Assembly (NCBI RefSeq): GCF_000150275.1
Contig: NW_002060943.1
Coordinates: 9,060,390-9,124,389, forward strand
DNA from: Trichoplax adhaerens
Lineage: Eukaryota > Animalia > Placozoa
Direction of reading: 5' to 3'
DNA length: 64,000 nucleotides
Shown here: positions 1-14,400 of the stretch, piece by piece
Layout of the letters: each line of letters starts with the position of its first letter
Numbering within the stretch: the stretch's first letter is position 1
The notes under the pieces: generated by a model
Told to the model about the DNA's origin: nothing
The model's database searches: none
What the model saw: only the letters and a program-made list of their open reading frames with translations
Program-made: the position numbers and the translations under genes

Positions 1-126
1 CTCCAATGACTTAGCATAGTTTACATAATGTATTACAACTACAGTTTATGAATGACCGAGACGGAATTAACTTGTAAAACCATTCTATGCAATGAAATAA
101 TTTAATTTTTAAATTTGAATTTTTAG

Positions 127-3100
127 GACCACTCAATAAGTGGAAATCGTATTGTAATAGGAGTGTGCTCTATGAATAGAAAAGTAAGTGCTATAACTAG
201 TAACTACAATTACCTACCTCTCTATGAAGCTTGTCTAAAAAAAGTTTCAGAGATTGTATCAAGTTAGTTGTGGCTTTCAATTAATATGCACTATCGCATA
301 CAATTGTTCAATTATACTGTATATTCATTATTTATCGATTGCAGTTGAATCTAGAGTTGTCGATATTAAGAGTTTTTGTTACTATGATACACCATGGACA
401 ACCAAATACCATTGTTGTACGGTAGTAGTCTGTGTATTCAAGTATTCAATGCCTACAGGTTATTGGTTATAAGCTGTACGGATAGACTAAAATTGTACTC
501 TCATTCCTATTCTCTACTTGCATTAAAACTATTTTCCTGTTGATGTAAAGCACACTAGTTTGCAGTACATGTCGTTGTTGTAGTACTTTTATTTTACTGT
601 TAAAATAAACTTATAAGAGTATCTAAGCTGAACGTAATTTCTGCTTTACTATGACTTCAGTCAAGAGCGAGACCAATGAAAGAAATACTGAATCGCTTGC
701 GTAAATATGATTCGCTACAAATTATTACCTTCCAAGATGACGTCATTCTTAATGAACCGGTCGAAAAATGGCCCTGTTGTGATTGCTTGATAGCTTTCTA
801 CTCTTCTGGATTTCCCTTGAAGAAGGCGATAGAGTATGCACAGTTACGAAAGCCGTTTCTCCTTAATGATTTAACGATGCAATACGACTTGATGGACAGG
901 TACGAAAATACTATCTTAAAAATTTCAGGCTATCTAATTGAACTTAACAAGCTCACGTTTGTCCAATTTCCGTATACATTTTATGCAAATGTTGGATAGA
1001 ATAAACTTTAATCTGTACGAATTATAAATATGCCCTTTGTAATAATCAATATGTCTTGTTTACAATATCCAGAGCAAAGGTCTACAGGATTTTAAAAAAA
1101 CATGAGATACCAATACCTAGATATACCATCTTGGAAAGAAATTTAGACAATGAAAATGATGGTCAGAGTAAGTTTTACTATATAAAGACTGTAAACTTAT
1201 AATTACCTTAACCATGGACTACTAGATATCTAGTAGTCCATTCCCTAACTGATTAAAGCATATGCCCATCTTGTAAATAGTATCAAAGATAAGTCCAATT
1301 AGGAATCCATGGAAAGGTACTAGTTTAGTGTAGACTAGTGAAACCTTTGCTATTTGACCTAAAATCTAGTAGAAAGTGTACATCAAGGCACATTTTAGAA
1401 ATTTGAAGGATGCAGCAATAACATATGCAATAAAGCTAATGTATTAGCTACCTATATTCAGAAAGAATCCTAATTTCCTCTAATTACTAATAACCCACCA
1501 AATCTTATTTATCGTACATCACAATAATAACTTACAGACATTGATGAACTTGAAGATATCTTAAAAGTTAGTGGGGAAATATTCCACAAACCCTTTGTTG
1601 AAAAGCCAGTATCGGCTGAAGATCATAATATTGTCATATATTATCCTTCTTCCGCTGGAGGTGGAAGCCAGCGACTATTTCGTAAGGTTAGCAAGATCCT
1701 CTGCAAGTATATTCAATTTCTGCACGCTAAAATTATTAAGGTGCTTAAATTACAGTTCAATATACTTGATTGATGGCCAAAATTTATATATACTAGATCG
1801 GCTCAAAATCAAGTGTTTACAAGCAAGAAAGCCACGTTAGAAGAGATGGGTCATACCTTTACGAGGAATTCATGCCCACAGAAGGAGTCGATGTTAAGGT
1901 ACTAGACTTACTTATCCACTTGCATAGCATTGCGCTCAACAAGTACGCAAGAGACTGTATCATTACAGAACAATTACAGCTTTACAGCGTTATAATAGTG
2001 AGGTACTCATATAACTTTAGATCTACACAGTTGGACCAGAATATGCACATGCTGAAGCTCGAAAATCACCAGTAAGTTACGACATCACCATTCGAGTAAA
2101 TTATTGAAAAGCCACTTGTTGTAAACGATTACATTGCCTACGCAAAATTCAGATACAGTATCAAAAAAGTAGCTTTTTTATATGTATTTTTATTTAAATA
2201 AAATTTAAATTTTTTTACTCACCTTTACAGGCATTAGATGGAGTTGTTGAGAGAGATATACAAGGGAAAGAAGTTCGATATCCTATCATTTTGACAGCTG
2301 CTGAAAAAACTATTGCCAGAAAAGTGTGTCTAGCGTTTAAGGTGATTTGTAATATTGCAATTGCAAATTAAACTGTTTAGGAAAACTGACTTCATTGGAA
2401 TGCGTAACCGCCTTATTGAAATGATTTGTAAAAATTGTAGCAAACTGTTTGCGGTTTTGATTTACTAAGAGCAAACGGTAAATCGTATGTCTGTGATGTA
2501 AATGGCTTTAGCTTCGTCAAAACATCTCAAAAGTATTATAACGACTGTGCACAAATTCTAGGGTAATGACCAATTTTTATTTCTATTGCCACAGTACTAA
2601 TCATAGACATCCTATACTTTAAACAATTGTTTTTTTGTCTTATAGTAATTTAACTGCTAATAGTGTCATTAAATTTTTCCCTAGACATATGATTTTGTCA
2701 CATTTCTCACCTCAGCAGCCCATCCCCCTAGTAATATCTCGCAAGGCGGATGATGTACCTTTAAGTATTAAAGTTAAGAATGGGTTGGTAATCTCAATTT
2801 GCACTATACTACGTATTAATACTCTTGTTGATATTGGTATCCTAATTCATTTAGCCTAGAACTCCGTTGTGTTATCGCTATAATGCGTCACGGTGATCGT
2901 ACGCCAAAGCAGAAGCTCAAAATGCATGTAAACCATGAAAAGTAAGCAGAATTTCATGTACTAATATAGAATATACTTCTTAGCAACTACAGAAATTATA
3001 TAGTGAACTAACTATAGCATTGGATTGTTCTTTAGATTTATCGAAATCTTTCGAAAATATGGTGGAAGTGAACGTAAAAATTTGAAATTAAAAAAACCGA

Positions 3101-6100
3101 AACAATTACAAGTAATCCAATCGAAACTAAATTACCTATTCTCTTCACTCATTCGTTAATAAAACTCATTTCTATGCCTTAAAATACGACTAACATTATC
3201 TTACACATCATTTTGGTTAGGAAATTTTAGACATTGTTCGAGAATTGCTATTTACCTTTGACTCGAACCAGGACAAGACTATCTTTGAATCTTACGAAAA
3301 ATTACAACAGCTGCGCGCAGTCCTAGAAATGTACAACATAAAAATGAAACATTACGTTATCTTTCTAATCTTACTACTTTAAATGTTTTATTTCAACTCT
3401 GTAGTAGGTATTTACAACAACTCCACTCTTTGTAACACATGGATATTTTCACTGAAAATATAGGTACGGTCATTTCTCTGGTATAAATAGAAAGGTCCAA
3501 TTAAAGTGTATGAACAAAAGAATTAGAGCTGACGGTAACAGCAACAGTAGCGACGATAACAGAGGTGACTATTAAAAAGAGAGAGAAAAATGCTTGTAAA
3601 TATTTATAGAGCAAAAATTATTCCTTTACATCAAACAATGAACTTTTCGATCTTAAGCTTCTAGGCCTAGCTTACTCTTGATTGCAAAGTGGGGAGGTGA
3701 ACTAACACCTTTAGGACGTAGTGAAGCTGAGCGCTTGGGTTGTGCTTTTAGATGTATATACCCAAGTGGTCAAGGTGCATTATCTACTTCTTATTTTAAT
3801 ACGAGGATAAGTTGAAAAATTTGGTTAAACTCCTATAAATAAGCATTCCTTTTATGTAAATATTATAGGAGAGTATAGTAACTATCCAGGATCCGGCTTC
3901 CTGAGATTACACAGCACTTATCGACACGACCTGAAGATTTATTCTTCCGATGAGGGTCGTGTGCAAACGACTGCCGCCAGCTTTGCGAAAGTATATAATT
4001 ATTAAATGTTTGATTTACAAGTTTTATTATAGTTACGAACTATTTATCGCTATCCCCAATTAATTTGGAAGATGCTCTGCTTTTATTTTGTTAGGGTTTA
4101 CTCGACCTTGAGTGTGGCTTAACTCCCATACTGGTCCATTTAGTGAAGAGTAACCACACCAATAGGATGTTAGACACGTCAACGCATGCAGAAAGCCTCA
4201 TGATGGAGTAAGCACCTTTTTGTTAATTGATCACTGCAATGGGATCAGATATATACTAAGTCTATTCTGCTAGAGTAAAAAGTCGTTTACATGAGATCTT
4301 GCAAAAAGATGAAAACTTTACAGAAGAAGACTATGCTTATGTACGTTAGGATTTTAATTTTTAGTACTTATAACAAAGATTTGGTGTCCTCTTTCTCCTT
4401 CTTAAATAAGTAATTTCCTATTACGTGAATTAATTTATTACTCTTATAGCTTTCATCTGTGAAATCAAATTCCATTATTGCAGCAATGAAAATGATAGGA
4501 AATCCTCGCAGAGCTTGTCAAAAAGTGTTTGAATTAGTTCGATCTCTTACCAAACAATTAAAAGGTCTTATAGAAATTTCTGAAAACCAAACAGAAGGTA
4601 ATAGATAATTCAGTTTTATGTTCAGATGTCGTTATAAATATCGTTACTAATTATTGATGGCACTTTCTATACATCTTTATAAGAGCCGTTGTTGTATATG
4701 GGTGAAAGTTTGGTAATGATGTATAAAAGATGGACAAAACTGGAAAAGGTTAAGTCAATTAAATTCATTCAAATTTTATTCTTCTCAGAACGTATAAGTT
4801 TCATTCGTAATGCCACAATTTAGGAATTTAAGAGAAATGATTTATTCGAAATTAGTAAGATACCGGATATTTACGATTGCATTAAATATGATGCTCTGCA
4901 TAACAGGTCAGAATATGAACTTGCTTGCTATACAATAAATGTAGATATATATATAATTCGATCATTTCTAAATATGAGTCCGTGTTACCGCAATGCACCA
5001 TAAAATTACATTATCATCAAGCTTATTTATCCAATGTTAATAATAAGCCTTGTAAAATATTTTTTTTAAATTGGACTCGCTCTCATTTACTTACCAGAAA
5101 CTAATACTTATTATACTATACCTGCTATCTTGACAGTCAACTCAGTATAGTAAGCTACAGGAATATACTATCAGAAATATACAGCAACATGGCTATGTAT
5201 AATTTAATAGAATTCTGCAACTACATGTATACTTCATTAACTATAATGTGATACGAATTTATAGTAAAGCTTGCTACAATTTTACTATAAATTTCGTATC
5301 TTAGTAGCTATAACTAATAGTATTAGGAACGTAAGCATAATGATCACTATCAAGGAACAGCGTAAAGAGTACGATAATTGTGAAATTTATGTATAATTTT
5401 GTTGTCAGCCTAAGTTCAGTGAATTACATTTGTATCATTATAGGGCTTCTTTGCAGTAATATGACGTAGCCCTGTTAATATCTTTTACAATAACATAATT
5501 GCAAAACGAGAATTAGTGTACTTATTTCAAATATCCAAATAATTAACAGATCTCAATTGTTAATTAACTTTTTACCATCTAGAGATTTACGACTTGATAA
5601 TATACACGATCTTTATAAAGCCGTAAAACCTTTAGCTGATATTGTAATTCCACTGGTAAGATTAGTATCATGCCTTTTTTCTTTGACTTCAATAATTAAT
5701 CTATTACTTCATTTAGATTCTTAAACCATAAATTGCATTTGTTGTAACGATATAGGAATACGGCATTACCGGTGAAGAGAAACACGAAATAAGCGAAAAG
5801 ATTTGTCATAATCTTTTTCGGAAGTTGCGAGCTGATTTGCAGCATAACATCTGCTGCGATACGGAGTCTAGTAACAGGCTCAATCCGAAGTAATTTCAAT
5901 TATAATCAATACGCAAAAAAATACAACAAGCTTTCGTAGATTTAAAATAGCCAGTTTAACCAGTGTGTTTTAGCTCTGGAGTAAACTGGTACTAACAACG
6001 GATTACTTGACCTATTATAAAATTTGCAAAATAAAAATTAGATACTCCCAAGGTGTCATTACGCCTGATCGGCACGTTCGGACGCGACTTTATTTTACCA

Positions 6101-8278
6101 GTGAAAGTCATATCCACACCCTATTATCTGCTATCCGCGATAGCAAATTATGTGATGTAAGAAAAAATTCTACAGCACTGCAACTACTCATATGTGCCTT
6201 TAATAAACTCCGGTTCATAATACTATATCTTTCAGGCGTCTGATAAACAATGGACTAAGTCAATGGAATGTATGGAAGATATCTCTGAATTGAATTATCT
6301 GACTCAAATTGTTTTCATGCTGTATGAGGATCCCAGTCAAGATGTTAGTTCGGAACAGAAATATAGAGTTACACTACACTTTAGTGCAGGAGATCGGCTG
6401 CTAGAAGAGCAACTTGGTGAAAAGTCCATTTATAGAAAGGTATCAGAAAATAGTAATTTTAACGATAAAACGTCAGTTAAAGAGGCTCCTTCCAAAAAAG
6501 ATGGAACTGATGCTCCTATCGAAAGTAGCACAGATGACAATTCAGGTAAGAAGTTCATATTCACTTTAAATACTGTACAGTATGTACTGTATGCTGCCAA
6601 ATAGCGTAATTACTTTACGCAACTTTTAGACTTTTGTGAATGAATGAATGAATGAATTCAGTGGGCCCCACTATTAATTAATTTTTTTATCCTCTACTTT
6701 TAATTACCATAGTTTTCAAAGCTAGACGCTACTCATCAGATAACGGTTTGTAATACATAAATATTCGGTGAGTCAGTACTTTTTTCAAGTTTTTATAACA
6801 CAATTATTATTATAATATTTAATAGACATAGCCAGAATCAGAGCTACTAAAAAAGTGACAGGATATAGCAGTGATGTTTCGTCATTGCTTGATCAGGCAA
6901 CCCTTGAACAACCAATCCCAATGAACGGACTTATTGGTGATTAATTTACGCGCTATTATGTTAAAATACATTTTATTCGATGTCAATTTTTGAAAATTTT
7001 AATTTTTATTAGCGTTATATGGCCCAATTACTGTGGGTCGGTAATTACTGACAATTTTTGGGGTCCCGTAATACCAGTTTCGCCTATAACCGTCGAAGAA
7101 TTTAGTCATTTTATATCATTTATAGTCCTTTACCATGATTTATATACTGCGTTTTACCCCTGAAAATAATAGTGGAATACAGTAGTTGGACTGCCCCATA
7201 CGAGTAATACTTATTTATTTTTTTGTTGTTTGTATAAGTGCATCAGTTTTACAGCTTTAGAATGTAGTAACTTTTCCATTAGCTCGCCATGTTTATATCG
7301 TTCATCGTAAATTAATCGGGATATATCACATTATCAGAATTTTCTATATTTAGAATTAAAATTCGTAATGGGTAAAAATAGTTAAGGTAGTCATAATCAG
7401 CATACTGAGACCTACCGATTGGTCTTATAAGTCAATAATTCTACGACTACTATAGTGTATGATACACGCTTAGCAGTCGTTGCATATGGCGCGCTTGGGT
7501 CAAGGACATTTAATGACCACTTCAACATGGCTTCCGTGAGTGTATTAGACTACCATCTTTCTCTTCCTCATTAAATAGATGATGATGAGGAGTACGATAG
7601 TAGTTTTACAGCAGATAATCTGTGGAAGAAATGCCACGGATTGTGATTATCGATGATTCTAATGGATAATCCACCAAATCGTCGATTACAAATCATCCAT
7701 AGGTAAATGGAGAAAAAGGAAAGACATCCAAGATTGAGCAAGGAACCTAACTTCGCTAAAATACCGATCGTTACTGTAATACATATGAGATTCTAGCTTC
7801 TCTTTATACAATAGTACCACTGAAACTTTATTTTTCACTTAATTGTTATTATTTTAATGTTAAATGTATTTGCTTCATTCTGGGCAGAAACAAATCGGTT
7901 GTAGTCAATTAAGTAAATTACTATGGGCGTTTCTTTGTATAGGGTTTTTTGTTTTTTGAGTAGATTGTTTTATTTTTAGTTTAAATTTACACTGTTATGT
8001 ACGGTGGTGGTCCACGAAAGTTATCATTCTTAATTGAATACTATGTAATACGTTTAGAATACCTAGTATTTTAGTCTTTATTTTTCTAAAAGCTACTAAC
8101 ATATATGCCTTGCTATTATTTCTTTTATTTAATTAATCTAGGTGTATCAAGTCAACCTCTAATCCCTACTGTTTATCCTTTAATGACAATACACAACTCG
8201 TTAACACTGAGCCAAGTAAATAGCTTTTTAGAAGCCGCCATAAAATCACAAGATAAATTTTTTGAAGTATTAACTTAA
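127..8278 (+). CDS. PPIP5K: Inositol hexakisphosphate/diphosphoinositol-pentakisphosphate kinase (PPIP5K/VIP1), multi-exon, 5' end upstream of window
   Basis: Spliced exons give [12 protein letters not shown]|[69 protein letters not shown] (ATP-grasp kinase). The histidine-phosphatase-like domain has [22 protein letters not shown] and [13 protein letters not shown]. Last exon [18 protein letters not shown], stop TAA 8276-8278. Confidence 0.95.
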
Positions 8279-8454
8279 TCCTATTGCTTTATACAGTGTA
8301 TGGTAATCTGTACTATTATACTGTAATTTTACAATAAGTATTATGCAATGTAATTTAATATAATTAAGAAATAAATACACTGATTAATAGTTCTGTAATC
8401 CATTGTCGTGCCATATCTGTATATTTTAGATATCAATTGAACTTAGAAATTTAT

Positions 8455-11400
8455 CTAATCATCACCATGATCAATATTAGATCCGTTCTTTGCTTTAATA
8501 TCATCAAAAAGATATACCATCTTATCTATTGTGGCTTCCATCATGTTATAAACCTGTGAAATATGAATACAGTACAGTATTTGTATTAAAATTAGCCGTA
8601 ATTCATAAGTAATAAAAGCACTACAATTCGCGTAGATAGAATATGAACATTTGAATGTACCAGCACGTTACATTCGACAAAACTATTAACTTGGACAAAA
8701 ATTTATATTTGCAAAATCCCAATAAATTATTTATCAAATTTCAAATTTAAATCTCACTTGACTGTATAGCTTCTCCTTGTATTTCAATTCTATCGTCGGA
8801 TCCGTTTTATCAACTGGAGTGGATGCTCGTGTTTGCTACAGAGGCATGTTAGAAAAAAACATACTTAATGCATCTAACTCATAAGAGGGGTAATTACATT
8901 GTATACCATTTGTAGCTGAATATAAATGAAGCAAGTTGTATACTCGCTATGGCAGCTGATTCAATCTCTAAATTAATATCGGTAATTACATACGTCATGA
9001 TATTCTTGTGATGAAGTCGTTGTTGATTTTAGTCGATCTAAAAAATAATGTAGGATTTTAACTTGGTCGTGTAAATCATGAAAACTTTTTATCATCAGAC
9101 AAGAAGATGTTCATATCTTCGAAGATCACCTCTGTGTTTTGACTTAGAGGTTCGAATCGTCCTTGATTGAGGTCTAAGGCTGTCCTGTATTATACATAAA
9201 GGGTACAGTTAAGTTTGTTAAATGATATGGTTTTCATCAAGAACAGCATTATCTTAAATTTTCGAAACACTATTTTTCATGAGTTTATACTACTAAATTT
9301 GTAGCCGATAGAGTTATTTATTACTGATTAAATAACAGATACTTTACTTTAACTTACAAAGTCTTTATCATCCTTTTTGTTTGGCTTTTTACTTCTTGAT
9401 TCCGATTTCTTTGTAGATTCTGACCGCGTAGTTTCGGATGCTGTCATTTTCTTTTTAGTTGTCGTAGCTGTACGAAATTATATGGTAAGTATTGTATGAT
9501 CTGATAGCATCCTTTGTTTATTAATATTAAATAATGTTTTTCATTAGTAGTATTAAGTAATGTAAGCCTATATCTCATAATTGTAACGTACTGTTGTGCA
9601 CGTAGTTACAATCAGAAACTAGTTCATGGTCCTAATTATTTAATCACAAAATGGTATCGTGAAGGCAACAAATTTTAGTTACCTACCCCAGCCCTCCAGT
9701 TCTAGTGATTCCTGACTAATCTTATTTGCTACTACTATTTGAATTGTAATATTATCTTTCTCAATTACATGAGTTATAAATCTAATTATATATAGCATGC
9801 TCTATTTTGGTTTAAATCATTTAGATCTCATTGTAAAACATTTATACGCAACTCTACGGTAAATCTACAATCTAAGGTACTGGCTCTATAACTAAGTAAA
9901 CTTATGTATCTTCACAATGTCGAAAATAAAGTATTGTTTACCTGCATCTTCCTCTTCTAAACTTTCTTTTTCGGGTAATCCTAGTATACTCCTCAACGTA
10001 ACTCCATAATTTGCTATGGAGTCCATTAAATTAATTAACAGACTATATCTAAATAAATAAATATAAAATTAAGATAATTTATTTGATCCTAATTCATTAA
10101 TGAATGATGATAAATAAAATATTCCAATGATAGTAAAGATTAAACTTTTCAATAAAAGGTGAGATATAGTCCTTATTCTGAGCATATACGTACCCAACCG
10201 AATACATTTGTTGTTTTAATGGTGTAAGTATTGGAAATGACAGCATATTGATTGCGTTGTTCATTCGTTGCAGACAATCATTCTTCCAACTGTCATCCTC
10301 TAAGGTTAATATTTTCTATTCATGGAAAGTTTAATTGGTTATCAATAAATATAATTTAATTTTTCACAACCATTCCTTCTGCATTAAAGGTGTAATCATA
10401 GGATTTCAAATTATCCTAAAATCAAGTACTCCTTGCACACTTCTACTAGTGACACTTCTTTACATATAAATTATCTTGATTAAATTAAGTTGCAGTCTTT
10501 CCTGAATAAGTTTTATTACCGAGCTGATAATTAACTAATTTAAATTAAATTCTATTCCATATAAAAATAATATTTTTCTTTCAATATCTTGAGTAATTAA
10601 TATTTTAATGGTAGCTACTACCTCAGAATGAAAGTACTAGTTGAGCTACGAATTTGATATGGTTTATAATAAGTAAGTTTACATTGATTTATCCGATAGT
10701 TAGCTACCAATTTTACCTCCTCAAGCATATCAATGCTCCAATCCCACGGTACATCGGGCTCAGGTGGCTCAAAATAATCATTCTGTCGATCTGCTAAATC
10801 ATTCTTAGCTCCTCTAAAATTTTTATCTTGTTTATCTTGCTTATCAGATTTAGACATCTTGTCATATCGATCACTTTTCCCAGATTTATCCTTAATTCAA
10901 AAAATCAGCTCAGACTTGGTAACTCACTTTGCAAAACAAATTTAAAACAATTGCTAACTACAAAATAGTCAAAACATACGTCATCTTATGTTATCGAATC
11001 GCAACTTATTATAATAATCACTATTAATCAGATAGCTTATAATGCTCGAAAGTTACTATTAACGAATCCTGTGGTTCGGTTCGTAGATCCAACCTGTTTG
11101 CTTCCTTTTTCGATCTTGACATCTTCAGTATTTTCTAGATATTCCGGAGGTATCGGCTGATGAATGTGGTACCATATCATTTTTAGTTCATTAATGCCGT
11201 CCGGGCGATAATATAGCTGTATAAATTTAATTTAATTTAATCGAAGATAATCAGATTAAAAATGACTACCAATCACAATCAGATGCAAAAAATTGAAATC
11301 GATGATTATCCAATACATGAAAGTCAAAAAGATTAATTTAGATAATAAATTTCATGAACATTACACCTCATACTAATTTTTTTAGCTGGTAACAGCGATA

Positions 11401-14400
11401 GCTATATTTACGTGTTATCAAGTCCTTATCTAAACTTATATATAATCTAATTTAGAAATTTTGACTTCTATTACATATGTAGTACACATACGTAAATCTT
11501 TATGAACATTACAATCTAAGGAAAACTTACACCAGGATTCCGTCTTTCAAATAATTCTTCTGGTGTAATATGAGCATCTACTGGAGATAAAGAACGTGGA
11601 GGTGTTTTCACATCCTCAATAATATCATCAAGTAGTTGATTTACGGCATAAAGAGCCTGTTTTCTTCTTAATTCTGCCTGCAAATTTGTTATCAAAAAGG
11701 AATGTGTATTTAAATACCATTTAAATTATAAAATTCATTTACGAATACGAAAAACAAAAATTAGAGCATAAAGCACAAATTTTGACTAAGTTTTCTCATC
11801 ATTCATGTTAGCATATGATGCGAATTCATTTGAAATTCTGTAAGTATACATTGTAATATTGATTGTATTTTGCTTTACCTCAATTTTTGATCTTTTATCT
11901 TTATTAATATCTTCTTCCAGTGCAACGCCTCGTAAAACAACTTTGATTGCAGCACCGCCACATAATGTCGGTTTAGTATTCATGCACCATGTTTCCGTAA
12001 ATATTCCAGGATTAGATGACTTAAAGGTAAATGGAAACTTCATCTTCTGTCCGGGCATGATCATATCTTAAGGTAGCACAATAATAAAAATTTCAGTGAT
12101 TTCGTCGAGTTACTTCACACTTATAGCTATCTTACATTAAATTACTAAAATTAATAGTTGCATACTACGAATTAAAATTGTGCTACCATCTTGTTTCATT
12201 GCAATAGCAGGTATTGCTCTATTTTCAGTTGCATTTTATTGAAATTTATAAGACTGCAAACGGATTTTATGTAATAGCACTGAAGATATGAAACTGCACT
12301 TTAGATTGCATAGATTTAGCTTTTGTTGTGTATAATATTGTAATAACATCATTACGTAAACCATAACGCGGAATTTATATTACTGCCAATATTAGAGAGA
12401 ATGTAGCATTTTAGTTAATGAATTAAAATGATTCACTAATATTTTACTTTAGTCTAAGGTCATATTGCCACTAGTTGGACTTCAGCGCGGAAATAGATTA
12501 ATGTTGCCTATAGAAATGTTGCTATACTCTTATAGGCAAAAATTGAGACAAACAGCTTTTGCTAACTATTCATGTTAGCACATGTGATAATAATGCTTGT
12601 AATCAACTAACTCGTAATATGATCACTATTACATAGTTGTTGATCAATTAGAACATTGAGTAAGATAATAACACTTTTTAAAGGAACAAATTGAAATGGT
12701 ATAATCATAATATCTACATAACGTCTACATACCAACGCCCGTATTGAAGTAAAATCTTTGAGCTTTACCATACAAGATGCTATCGAGGGATTTATCGCTT
12801 GGTAAGTTCTGCAATGAGTACATAAATTTAAGATATCATAAGTTAGATAAAGTAAAACCAAGATTGTTTCTCTTAATAATCGTATTTGCAAGTAAGGATA
12901 ACTTACCGTCCATGAGAAGTAGATAGTTGATGTGCCTAGGTTTTCGATATCTAGTGTCGTTGTGCTAACTTTGCCAGCGTAGGTTTCGAATAATACACGC
13001 GTAATAATAGCGACATCACTTTCAAGGCCACAATTTTCACCTTCCCAACGCACAGTTTGGCCGGCTACTGTAATACAGGGTCCAAGTATAGGTTGAGGTA
13101 CACAGTCTGCATGCTGTTTAAATGGATCACTGAATAGAAAATTAATTAATGGACTAATATTACTGAAATTGTCACGCGGTTTAATATATGTTACCGTATT
13201 AAAGTTAAATGAAATTCATTGACTTTTAACTCTTTAACACTAGATCTGAGTGGATTAGTATAGGTCATAACTTTCATATTTGAAGTAAAATCAAAAAATT
13301 ATTTTTTTAAAGCATAAGCTATCATACTTACTTTATTTCACTATCTGCTTCAGATAGGCTATCATCATTATATAATGAAGTATTAATATCAGATTGTTCA
13401 CGCCCATCTTCCCAAAGCTTAGATCTTCCAATAACTGCTAAACTTGAAATATCCTATCACAATAACAATAACATCAAAAATAAAAGTACTGTCAGAATTC
13501 ACGGATAGAATTTGATTCTACAAGGTAGTAATTTTGATATATAGTTTATAAGTATTTGTTGTGATACCAATTATTTGACCTCATATTTATCTCATTACAA
13601 AGCTATACAGTTTATGCTATAAAGTTGTAGTAGAATCTAGACATGAACAATTACGATATATATTATTACCGGCTTGTGGGGATCAATCAGTTTCATGCTC
13701 TCCTCTAACTCTTTCTTCCTATTTTGGAGATAGAGAGACTTATCCCACGGATAATGAACGGTTGAGGAAGATCGAAAATTAATGCCTAAAATAAGATTTA
13801 TTTTAAATACTTGTTATTTTGTTCTAAACCAGATCCTATTATTGCCTATGCAGAGTCATGGTGATAAGTTCATTCAGTATAAACTTATAGCTGCTTTTAT
13901 TAATTTAAGGCACTACTTAAATGATGAAAAAACTGTGTAACTATACCCATTTCCTCTTTGATTAACGGATGTTTATCGATATGTTCAACAGGAACTCTTT
14001 GGCCTCGTTGACTTTTACCTAAAGTTAAACTTTGAAGTAGCAATATATTTGATTTCGTTTAGTAATCTAGCGTAGCTTGCAGCCGATCGATAATTGTAGC
14101 TATAATTTGATCGCCTTTCTATTTCAATTTTTTATTATTAAATTAAAGGACCCAGCGCAATTTAAAATTTAGCGATAATATTACGTAATTTTAATTCTAG
14201 CAATTTGTGTAGATCAACTTTTTGAGTTTTATTATGTAAGCTTGTAGCAATCCTTTTCAGCATAGTATCGTATTAAAATATCATTTGACCATGATGTTTA
14301 CCTTATGCCGTTATCTTCGTTGCCAAGTCGGTCAGGTTGCATCCAAAACTCACTACCTACACGATCTAAATTTGTAATAAATAATGCCAGTCAATTCGAA

